IMG/VR virus record: IMGVR_UViG_3300031555_003626
Span: 32,001 to 96,000 of that record
Reading direction: 5' to 3' (one strand)
DNA: 64,000 nt
Source of the DNA: a virus
Taxonomy: Duplodnaviria > Caudoviricetes
Shown: piece by piece, positions 26,487 to 34,774 of the stretch
Layout: each line of letters begins with the position of its first letter
Numbering within the stretch: the first letter of the stretch is position 1
Notes under the pieces: model-generated
Database searches by the model: none
What the model saw: only the letters and a program-made list of their open reading frames with translations
What the model was told of the DNA's origin: nothing
Translations under genes and position numbers: made by a program

Positions 26487-28085
26487 ATGAAAGAATCTAT
26501 TACAAAGTTTGATCTAGAGTCTGCTTTTAAGGCTCTCGATGAAATCGAAATACCTAAGACGGGCAAAGTTAAAGCGAATAAGCCTGCACTTACAGAGATT
26601 TTCTCACGCAAGTCTAAGTTTGATGCTCTTATGGAAGAGTACTATGACATTAGTAGCAATGAAGGTTTGGAAGATGCTAAAGAAGTTCGTGAAGCTGAAA
26701 TAGCTCAAGCAAAACTTGATCGTATTGAGAAAATCGTTGACCTTGACGCAGAATCTGCTGAAGATCTTCTAACTTCTTATGTTGGTAAGCACATTATTCA
26801 GTGCCCCCAATGTATGACACTCTTCTATAAGAATCCTGAAGATGTCGTAGCTTCTGAAGAAGACCCTACAACTGTAAACGTGAATGAAGTTTGTCAACAT
26901 TGCGGAAACGAGAGCGGTTACAGTCTAATTGGTAAGGTTGGTGAGGCTGCGCCTGAAGTTACTGAAGAACCTGTTGCAGAAGAAGGCGAGCTTGACCTAA
27001 ATCTTGACGCCGAAGAAGGCGCAGAGGAAGAAGTTCCTATGGATGAACTTAACTTTGATGACGAGCTAGAAGAGCTCGACCTTGACCTTGAGGAAGAGCC
27101 TACTGGAGAAGAGGAAGAGAAGAAAGAAGAAGCTTTTGTTTCTCATGTCGGCGACACACTTGTAGAAGAACTTGCTGATGATAAAGAGCTTGACGCAAAG
27201 CTTGATGCACACAGCGAGTACATTGATTATCTTAGAGCTGCAATTGCTCAAGAAGAAGCGGCGCTAGAAAAAGCTGATAATGAGCAAATTAAAACAGCTA
27301 TTCAAAGAAATATTAATGCATTCAAAGTAGACCTTGAAAATGCACTTCCTGAGGCTGTTAAAAATGATGAAGCTACTGTCGAAGAGCCCACTAATGAAGT
27401 TGAAGATATTGAAATTGAAACGGAACCTGAAGACGAGGAAGCAGCGGAAGAGGTAGTTGAGAGCTTAACAGAGGCACTCCACGAAGAGTCCGATAACGAT
27501 ATTTCGGATGCCGAGTTTGAGCAGCTTATGAACTCTTCTGAATTTAAGAAGCCTATTTCTGATGTAGCTGTTAGAGCAATGCTTAGTGCAGAAAAAGATA
27601 ATTCGGAAGAAGCACCTATTAAGGAATCGGTGTCTACTTATTTCTGTATGGATTGCGGTTATGAAGTGGAGCTCGACGATAGCGAATACGATGGCGTGTG
27701 CCCACATTGCAAAGAGCACCACGGGTTCGTCAAATCAGAGGAAGACTTAGATGAAGTTTTTAATGATGTCGAAGAGCTTCAAGAAAGCGCTCTCGAGAAT
27801 CTTATTTCCAGTTCTTTAGTAGAACTTTATGGCAACGTTGCCGGCTTCAGACTCAAGGATTGCACTTATGAAGATAAGAAGCTTATGGTAGAAGGCGTAA
27901 TTCATTTTACTTCTGGTAATACAAGAAAAACCACATATACTTTTAATGAGGCTTTAATTGCGGCAGATAAAGTTACTTTACGTGGTTTAAATGAAAAGCT
28001 TGGCAATGATAAGCAGTTCTTTATTACTGGTTATACTGAAAATAAAACCTTTATTACTGAATCTTTTAAAACCGCTAAAAACTAG
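26487..28085 (+). CDS. acidic zinc-ribbon protein, probable prohead core/internal protein
   Basis: CPQC/CQHC and CMDC/CPHC pairs; many LTEA, LHEE, IKES, LQES and ITES sites. Confidence 0.65.
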   Translation: MKESITKFDLESAFKALDEIEIPKTGKVKANKPALTEIFSRKSKFDALMEEYYDISSNEGLEDAKEVREAEIAQAKLDRIEKIVDLDAESAEDLLTSYVGKHIIQCPQCMTLFYKNPEDVVASEEDPTTVNVNEVCQHCGNESGYSLIGKVGEAAPEVTEEPVAEEGELDLNLDAEEGAEEEVPMDELNFDDELEELDLDLEEEPTGEEEEKKEEAFVSHVGDTLVEELADDKELDAKLDAHSEYIDYLRAAIAQEEAALEKADNEQIKTAIQRNINAFKVDLENALPEAVKNDEATVEEPTNEVEDIEIETEPEDEEAAEEVVESLTEALHEESDNDISDAEFEQLMNSSEFKKPISDVAVRAMLSAEKDNSEEAPIKESVSTYFCMDCGYEVELDDSEYDGVCPHCKEHHGFVKSEEDLDEVFNDVEELQESALENLISSSLVELYGNVAGFRLKDCTYEDKKLMVEGVIHFTSGNTRKTTYTFNEALIAADKVTLRGLNEKLGNDKQFFITGYTENKTFITESFKTAKN

Positions 28086-28097
28086 TTTAACTTAAAA

Positions 28098-28134
28098 CTT
28101 AAGGAGAGTTTAGGCTCTCCTTAAGGTACTTTTT
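28098..28134 (+). terminator. putative terminator hairpin
   Basis: CTTAAGGAGAG/CTCTCCTTAAG stem. Confidence 0.5.
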
Positions 28135-28151
28135 AGAAAGGAGCTCTAGGA

Positions 28152-28667
28152 ATGTCAGACGCTAGAAATGACTATGGCTTTCTCATCCGTGGAAATGACA
28201 TAAAATTATATCGTGCTTGGTTTAAAGAAATGACCCGGTTACACGGTATTAACGTCATTTATAAAGAACCTTTAAAAAATAAAGACTATGACAATAGAGG
28301 CGATCTAATTAGTGGATATAAGCCTGGAATTACGGTTGGCTGTATCTTTCAAGAGCACCCTGACCAGAAATCGCTTAAGAAGATGGGCTGGGTTGCAGAG
28401 CTCCAAGAAGGCTCTTCTATTATTCATGTGCCTTATGATTTACCAGGGCTTCAAATTGGCGCTCTTTTCGACGTTCCGAGCGGACTAGATAAGGCTAAGC
28501 CAAGAACATTCCGTGTAATTAGCCTACAGAATATTATGATTTATCCTGCTTCTGTTGCATGTGAAATTGCTCTTGAGTATGAGTCAATAGATGAACAGCA
28601 TTTAACTATGACTGCGCATGAAAAAGAAGATATGCCTTTACTAATTGACCGAGAAGAGGATGATTAG
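28152..28667 (+). CDS. probable neck/head-closure protein
   Basis: Synteny; beta-rich; LHGINVIY and LKKMGW segments resemble gp14-type proteins. Confidence 0.5.
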   Translation: MSDARNDYGFLIRGNDIKLYRAWFKEMTRLHGINVIYKEPLKNKDYDNRGDLISGYKPGITVGCIFQEHPDQKSLKKMGWVAELQEGSSIIHVPYDLPGLQIGALFDVPSGLDKAKPRTFRVISLQNIMIYPASVACEIALEYESIDEQHLTMTAHEKEDMPLLIDREEDD

Positions 28668-28672
28668 AATTT

Positions 28673-30127
28673 ATGAATATTCCAATAACATTTCTCACTG
28701 AGGCTATTGATAGTCAAAGTGTTTTAAAAATATTAATTAATAAAAATAAACAAATTGATATAAACCATCCTAAGTATAATTATTATAAGTCACTGGCTGA
28801 CTGGGCTAACCCTAGACAGCAGGAAAAAATAAAAAAGATTGACTTAAGCACCCTTAAATTATCTGACAGAAGTTTAATTGGAAAAAAACTTATTAGCCGA
28901 CATAACACACTCGGTAGCTTATTGGACGCGCTGAAAAACTTAATGGACCAAGAAGGCCGGTACAATCCTGAAAGCGAATTAGCTCAGCTAATTCAGCAAA
29001 CTACCGTAGACGTCTTAGCAAGCTTAAGTAAACTAGAAGATAGCAGCAAGCTACCCGAAGACCCGGAAGAAGAACCAACTAAACCGGAAGAAGCTAATAA
29101 GCCGGAAGAGCCAGATAATGATGATATAGAGCTTTATCAAGGTATGGACTGGACTGCTGAAAAAGCTCAAAGACTTAAAAGTAGCGAGGGCGCTCCGTCT
29201 ACGATACTCGATAAATTCTATGATGATTATTATAGTGTGGAATATGCTGGTGTAGAATCACCCGAAAAAGACACAAAAGGTATAGTAGCTAAGTTAAAGA
29301 ACTTAGATAAAATTCTAATTCCTGAATTTAATGCCCTCGGATATAACCCCGAAGTAAACCCACTTGCACAGTTTTTAAAACTCTTAATTGAGTATAAACC
29401 AGATATATTTAATAGACTTACTATAAATACTTACGGTGCTGTCCATAATTCTTTTATAAATAAATATATTACGGGTAATATGCTCGGTAAAAAATTTGAT
29501 GAGACAAATATCTTATTCTGCAGCGATCTTTATGCTAATAATGGATTAGATATAATAGAATATTTATCGCTTCAAGATCAAGTTCTTAAAGCCAAAAAGA
29601 ATAGTGAATACGTAGAGGATGCCTATCTCATAGCTAAAATATTCATTCAGCAAAGTATTCAACCTGAACAAGCAGAACAAAAATCGAATTATAGTGCTCA
29701 GGTAGAAAAGCTACTAGATATGCAAAAACCTAAACAGCCTGGTGACGATAATGCTAAACTGAGGTCTTTACTTGAGATACGAGAACTCTATCGACACATA
29801 TTTAAAGTCGAAGCTGAGAAGACTAAGAAAAAGGTAAATTTAAAAACTGTTAATGATATAGTAGACGAAGCCGAAAAACAAGATGTCGTACTAGATATGA
29901 TAAAGCTTATCCTAGCTCAGAATGATTATGCTGGCTCTACTAAGTACGCAGAAGAAGCTCAAATGTTTGATGGCTGGCTTGATAAGCGTAATCATACATA
30001 CACTAATAAAAGTATTGAGACAAGTAGAAAGATACTTTTAGATTACACCTTAAATGCTGAAGCTCTCAGTTTAATAATACAAAACTTAGTACACCGTATA
30101 AACGAGCCGACGGAGAACAAGAAATAA
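28673..30127 (+). CDS. hypothetical protein, possible internal head protein
   Basis: N-terminal FLTEA; P/E linker. Confidence 0.65.
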   Translation: MNIPITFLTEAIDSQSVLKILINKNKQIDINHPKYNYYKSLADWANPRQQEKIKKIDLSTLKLSDRSLIGKKLISRHNTLGSLLDALKNLMDQEGRYNPESELAQLIQQTTVDVLASLSKLEDSSKLPEDPEEEPTKPEEANKPEEPDNDDIELYQGMDWTAEKAQRLKSSEGAPSTILDKFYDDYYSVEYAGVESPEKDTKGIVAKLKNLDKILIPEFNALGYNPEVNPLAQFLKLLIEYKPDIFNRLTINTYGAVHNSFINKYITGNMLGKKFDETNILFCSDLYANNGLDIIEYLSLQDQVLKAKKNSEYVEDAYLIAKIFIQQSIQPEQAEQKSNYSAQVEKLLDMQKPKQPGDDNAKLRSLLEIRELYRHIFKVEAEKTKKKVNLKTVNDIVDEAEKQDVVLDMIKLILAQNDYAGSTKYAEEAQMFDGWLDKRNHTYTNKSIETSRKILLDYTLNAEALSLIIQNLVHRINEPTENKK

Positions 30128-30453
30128 TGTTTTTTTCGATAAAAACAGATAGTAAAAAACCTATAAGTATTATAAAACTAAAAACGTTAGTTAGAGCTCG
30201 ATCACTTATTTCTCTATATCCTATGCGAGGCACTGAAGTAATTTTAAATAATTATCTAGTAGAAAACTATAAGCTTACCTTAAAAAACGCTTGTTTTTTA
30301 TTACTGGCTAATTTGTATTTTAGCGCCGGGGAAGAAAATGAAATTATCTTCTTTTTTAAAGATGAAAAGTATGACCAGCTTGCTAGAATAATTACTTATG
30401 GAATAGATAATATTTCTGGCAGTCAAATATTAAAAACCGCGCTGAGTACCTAA
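30127..30453 (+). CDS. hypothetical protein
   Basis: TAATG coupling. Confidence 0.6.
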   Translation: MFFSIKTDSKKPISIIKLKTLVRARSLISLYPMRGTEVILNNYLVENYKLTLKNACFLLLANLYFSAGEENEIIFFFKDEKYDQLARIITYGIDNISGSQILKTALST

Positions 30454-30469
30454 GAAAGGAGTATTTGCT

Positions 30470-31117
30470 ATGGCAATAAGTTATTATGATGATGCAGTTA
30501 CTGCTAAAATAAAGGGTTGGCTAGCTGATAGCTCTACGCTAAGAGTACTCAACCCGGATGAAACAAAGAGAGCTATTGAGCTACACGCTGAAGACTCTGG
30601 TGATAAGCCGCTACAACTGCCTCTATTAACAATATCTAGAAATAAAGAGCTCGAAATAGCTAATCCAATTAAACAAAGTAAATCTTTTGATGGCTTAGTA
30701 ATTCAAAATGATACTACAAATGCTGCGACGGTTCATATGAATGTCATTCCAGTAAAAACACTTTATCAATTAGATATCTATACAAAAAGACAACTTGATG
30801 CAGATGAATATGTACGGCAGTTTTTATTTAAGCTAATAAATAACCCACAAATTATTGTAGAAATTCCTTATAATAACTACTTAGTTAAACACACAGCAAA
30901 TTTAAGAGTTTTAAATAGTGTTTCTGATACAAGCGATATTCCAAATCACCTTTTCCCTGGGCAGTTTTATCGTTGGACAATTCAGCTAGAGCTTCAAGAT
31001 GGTTTTCTATTTAGTATACCATATAAAAAGAATTGGCGCTTTATTGGTGTTGAATACAACTTTAGTGAGAAAATAGAAGACCCTGAGCTTGACACGAAAG
31101 AACAATTTATTTGCTAA
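30470..31117 (+). CDS. probable tail terminator/completion protein (gp15-like)
   Basis: LPLLTISR and IPVKTLYQLDIYT; immediately before the sheath. Confidence 0.55.
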   Translation: MAISYYDDAVTAKIKGWLADSSTLRVLNPDETKRAIELHAEDSGDKPLQLPLLTISRNKELEIANPIKQSKSFDGLVIQNDTTNAATVHMNVIPVKTLYQLDIYTKRQLDADEYVRQFLFKLINNPQIIVEIPYNNYLVKHTANLRVLNSVSDTSDIPNHLFPGQFYRWTIQLELQDGFLFSIPYKKNWRFIGVEYNFSEKIEDPELDTKEQFIC

Positions 31118-31126
31118 AAATTATTT

Positions 31127-31135
31127 GCTAAATTA
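31127..31135 (+). promoter_or_regulatory. putative late promoter GCTAAATTA
   Basis: Upstream of the sheath gene. Confidence 0.65.
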
Positions 31136-31203
31136 ATTGAGTTTAGTGACTCACAAATTTAATGTATAAAAATTATTAAAATAAATAAGGAGATTCATTT
31201 AGT

Positions 31204-32832
31204 ATGCCAAAAATACTTATTAATGAAATTGATAGAACTACTGCCGGCACTCCCGGTGAGTACTCTAATAACACTGTTCTTATTTGTGGTTTCTCAGCAA
31301 GAACAAATGAAGACATCATTGCTGGCGGCGTAGATGCTGGTTATACCCTCCCTGATGAAAACGGTGTTTTTGAGTTCTACTCTAAAAATGACTTTGAAGA
31401 CACAATTGGTAAAGTGTCTCCATTTTTAAGTGAAAATGAGCACATCCCTGCACACTATGGTAACCAGATGGCTTATGAGCTACTTAAGCAAGGTTATCCT
31501 AGCGTAATTTATCTATCTCTTGGTAAGGTACCTAGCACAGACAAAGAAATTGTAGAAGCTTTAGAAAGAATTGCTGATACAGATACTTGGGAGATTTTTA
31601 AGGATAAAGCAAGTTATGACTTTAGATTTGTTACTCACGGCTTGTTAGCTTCTCATGATACTCATGACCTTAAGACTGCCACTGAGAATAAAGAAAAAGC
31701 AACAAAAGATTATACCGATGCAGAAAAGGCTTATAACGACGCCGTAGCGGCTAAAGCAGAGCTTGAGGCAGAAGAAGGTTATAATGCAGATTCAGCTGAA
31801 GCAAAGGCAGCGGATAAAGCAATAGCTAATGCAGCTAAGGCAAAGGAGGCAGCAGAGGCTGCTCTTAACGCTGCAATTACTGCATACGACTATGCACACG
31901 CAGACTGCTTCTCTGAAAGTGACTTTGAAGCGGCTAATGAAGCAATTGTTGGTCTTGCTACTTATGCTAAGCAGACTGAGGACTATGAAGCTGTTCCTGG
32001 TACCGGTCGTGGCGACTGTGTAGCATTAGTAGAAATTAACGAGTCTAGCTATGTTAATGACGCAAAAGGCCGTCCTGAAGCTAAAATCTTAGCTGCTGCA
32101 GAGAAGATGAGCTATATTACTGCAGACAATGGTCCTTACTGCACATGTACAGTTCCTAGCGTTGTTTACAAGATGACCCCCGACACAGACTTTGATAGCA
32201 ACATGAAATTCCCTGGTGCGTTCCACTACCTTGCTTGCTATAAGAGAATGATTGATTCTAACTTTGCTGAGTGGTATGCTGCTGCTGGTTATACTCGTGG
32301 CGTATCTAGCTACACTGTTGATCGTACTTCTGTTAAACTTGGTGAAGTTGCTATTCAGGCACTTGAGCCTAGATATAAGAGACCTGCTCCTTATGATTAC
32401 AAAATGCCTTTTGCAGTTAACGTAATTGCTAACTTCCGTGGCAGCTACTACCTCTGGGGCAACAGAACTTGTAGTCTTCTTGGAGAATTTGGTACCTCTA
32501 AGGGTGACCTTACTGCACAGCACTTCTTAAACATTAGACACCTCTGCACAACTATTAAGAAGCAGCTTTATGTATCTTGCCGCAGATTTACTTTTGATCC
32601 TAATAGCGATGTACTTTGGATTAACTTCAAGAACTCTATCACTCCTACACTCGATAGAATGAAGGCTGACCAGGGCGTAAGAGACTATAAGATTGAAAAG
32701 GTATATACTGATAAGAAAGCTACGCTTAGAGCTAAGGTAAGAATTGTTCCGATTGAAGCTGTTGAAGACTTCGTTCTTGAGATTTCTCTTGAAGACTCTC
32801 TTGGCGATACCGCTGTAACAGTTACTGAGTAA
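31204..32832 (+). CDS. tail sheath protein
   Basis: WYAAAGYTRG, YLWGNRT, FLNIRHL and FDPNSDVLW sheath C-terminal motifs. Confidence 0.9.
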   Translation: MPKILINEIDRTTAGTPGEYSNNTVLICGFSARTNEDIIAGGVDAGYTLPDENGVFEFYSKNDFEDTIGKVSPFLSENEHIPAHYGNQMAYELLKQGYPSVIYLSLGKVPSTDKEIVEALERIADTDTWEIFKDKASYDFRFVTHGLLASHDTHDLKTATENKEKATKDYTDAEKAYNDAVAAKAELEAEEGYNADSAEAKAADKAIANAAKAKEAAEAALNAAITAYDYAHADCFSESDFEAANEAIVGLATYAKQTEDYEAVPGTGRGDCVALVEINESSYVNDAKGRPEAKILAAAEKMSYITADNGPYCTCTVPSVVYKMTPDTDFDSNMKFPGAFHYLACYKRMIDSNFAEWYAAAGYTRGVSSYTVDRTSVKLGEVAIQALEPRYKRPAPYDYKMPFAVNVIANFRGSYYLWGNRTCSLLGEFGTSKGDLTAQHFLNIRHLCTTIKKQLYVSCRRFTFDPNSDVLWINFKNSITPTLDRMKADQGVRDYKIEKVYTDKKATLRAKVRIVPIEAVEDFVLEISLEDSLGDTAVTVTE

Positions 32833-32854
32833 TTTGAAAGGAGATTAATATATT

Positions 32855-33436
32855 ATGGCAAACAGTTTAGATGCTCAACACATTAGTACAAATCTTGCGA
32901 ATTACGAAGCTGCCAGAACTGGTTTCTTCTCGCTGATTGTTGATGACCTCGATAATATTATAAAGGCAACTTATACCGGAGACCACTCTGCTGCTCCTGC
33001 TTCGGATAAGATTGCAAAAGCTCAGGAAGCTCTTAAGCTTAATGTGCTTACTGCCGATGTTCCTCACTTCGAACTTGAAACACTTCAGTACAAGAGAGGT
33101 AATGAAGTAGTTAAGTTTGCAGGTGTTCCTACATTTAACTCTGGCTCTGTAAAAGTTGATGACGTTGTTGGTATTGACACTAAGGCAATTCTCATGGCTT
33201 GGCAGGGACTTGCTTACAACGTTCATACTCGTAAGGGTGGACGTATGGCTGATTATAAGCGCAACTGCACACTCGTCGAGTACACTCAGGATTATGAACA
33301 GGTTAGATCTTGGACACTTTACGGATGCTGGATTAAGGGCTTATCTGAAGATGCTTTTGATAAGGAAAATGATGGTAAGCGTGCAATTACTGCAACTATT
33401 GAGTACGACCGTGCTATTATGAATGAAGCAGAATAA
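32855..33436 (+). CDS. tail tube protein (gp19-like)
   Basis: KFAG, DYKRN...RSWTLYGCW and IEYD; follows the sheath. Confidence 0.85.
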   Translation: MANSLDAQHISTNLANYEAARTGFFSLIVDDLDNIIKATYTGDHSAAPASDKIAKAQEALKLNVLTADVPHFELETLQYKRGNEVVKFAGVPTFNSGSVKVDDVVGIDTKAILMAWQGLAYNVHTRKGGRMADYKRNCTLVEYTQDYEQVRSWTLYGCWIKGLSEDAFDKENDGKRAITATIEYDRAIMNEAE

Positions 33437-33452
33437 GAATAATTAAAACTTT

Positions 33453-33493
33453 AAAAAGAAAGATGCTAAACTAAATTGGCATCTTTCTTTTTT
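33453..33493 (+). terminator. intrinsic terminator
   Basis: AAAAAGAAAGATGC/GCATCTTTCTTTTT. Confidence 0.75.
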
Positions 33494-33528
33494 CTCTAAA
33501 TAAATTTAATAAATCTATTTATACATTT

Positions 33529-33537
33529 GCTAAATTA
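33529..33537 (+). promoter_or_regulatory. putative late promoter GCTAAATTA
   Basis: Recurrent motif. Confidence 0.6.
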
Positions 33538-33582
33538 TATGATTGTTCCAGGACAAAATAATAACTGAAAGGACAACTGTTT

Positions 33583-33747
33583 ATGGGACGAAAAAAAGTA
33601 GATAGAAGCGATAAAGTAATACAAACTTTTGAATCTTCACGGCCGCTTATACTACGGCTAAAAGAAGTCGCGCAAAGGAAGAATATAACTACATCTGCGC
33701 TAATTCGTGAAATTCTTGAGAAGTATTTTGAAAATCGTGATATCTAA
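33583..33747 (+). CDS. ribbon-helix-helix protein, not in ORF track
   Basis: GAAAGGA RBS; MGRKKVDRSDKVIQTFESSRPLILRLKEVAQRKNITTSALIREILEKYF (54 aa). Confidence 0.7.
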   Translation: MGRKKVDRSDKVIQTFESSRPLILRLKEVAQRKNITTSALIREILEKYFENRDI

Positions 33748-33773
33748 AAAATAAAAGAAAGGTAAAATTTATC

Positions 33774-34541
33774 ATGGCAGAAAGAAACACTAACTACACT
33801 ATTATGGAGGGCTATGAGCTGCCCTCTGGTGGCAAAATTTACGAAACAAAAGTAGACCCGCACGTTGAACTCCGAAGCATGACGGCAAGAGATGAAATGA
33901 AAAGACTCTCTCCTTCTAGCACGCCCTTGAAGACACTCGCAGACATCATTGAGGATTGCTTTATTGAAAAGCCCGCTATTCATGTTTATGACATGTGCTT
34001 GGGTGATTATGAATTTTTACTTCATAAATTAAGAATTGTGACTTATGGTGAAGATTACAAGGTAACTCTTAAGTGCCCTGAGTGTGGTGAAATTGTAGAA
34101 ACAACTGCAAAGCTTGGCGATATTGAGCTCAAACCTTTTGATGAAGAAGAAATTAATAAATACAGAACTTTTGTACTTCCTAAAAGTAACCGAACTGTTA
34201 CTCTAAAGTTTAACACTCCTAGAATGACTGAAGAGATGGAAGTTAAAGTTAAGGAAATGAAGCGTAAGTACAAGATGGCCACAATTGACTTTGAGACTCT
34301 TGTAAAGCTTCTTTGCGCAATTGACTATGTGGACGGCGAAAAGAAGCCTGAGCATGAGCTTGAAAACTTTATTACTAATTTACCAGCCCTTGACTTACAA
34401 AAATTATTGAATAATATCGATAAGTTAAATACTCTCATCGGCTTAGAAAATATTCTTTATGTAACTTGCCCTAAGTGCGGTGAAGAGATAACGTCGTTCT
34501 TTCGCTTCGGGCCCGAGTTTTTTAGACCCACAAACATCTAA
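33774..34541 (+). CDS. baseplate hub assembly / tail chaperone (T4 gp26-like)
   Basis: YELPSGG, LRSMTARDE, DYEFLL.KLR..TYG and two CPxCG motifs; lies between tube and tape measure. Confidence 0.75.
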   Translation: MAERNTNYTIMEGYELPSGGKIYETKVDPHVELRSMTARDEMKRLSPSSTPLKTLADIIEDCFIEKPAIHVYDMCLGDYEFLLHKLRIVTYGEDYKVTLKCPECGEIVETTAKLGDIELKPFDEEEINKYRTFVLPKSNRTVTLKFNTPRMTEEMEVKVKEMKRKYKMATIDFETLVKLLCAIDYVDGEKKPEHELENFITNLPALDLQKLLNNIDKLNTLIGLENILYVTCPKCGEEITSFFRFGPEFFRPTNI

Positions 34542-34746
34542 TGACGGCTCGCCTTATGGCCCGAAACACTTTAAAGAATTAGTTAAAGAATGCTGGTATA
34601 TAAGTGATAGCTTACATACCAGCTATACAGATATACTTGATCTATCTTATGCAGAAAGAATATATCTAATTGAATTTATTAACGCTAAAAACGATGCTAC
34701 CCGAAAAGCTTTTGAAGACGCTCGACAAGGTGCTCAATTTAGGTAG
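34492..34746 (+). CDS. start-less ORF, probable frameshift extension of the tail chaperone
   Basis: 84 open codons in the +1 frame with no ATG, GTG or TTG (...ELVKECWYISDSLHTSYTDILDLSYAERIYLIEFI...); overlaps GAG TTT TTT AGA at 34515-34526. Confidence 0.65.
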   Translation, partial: RRSFASGPSFLDPQTSNDGSPYGPKHFKELVKECWYISDSLHTSYTDILDLSYAERIYLIEFINAKNDATRKAFEDARQGAQFR

Positions 34747-34774
34747 GAAAAAAATTATCGGGAGGAAATCTTAA

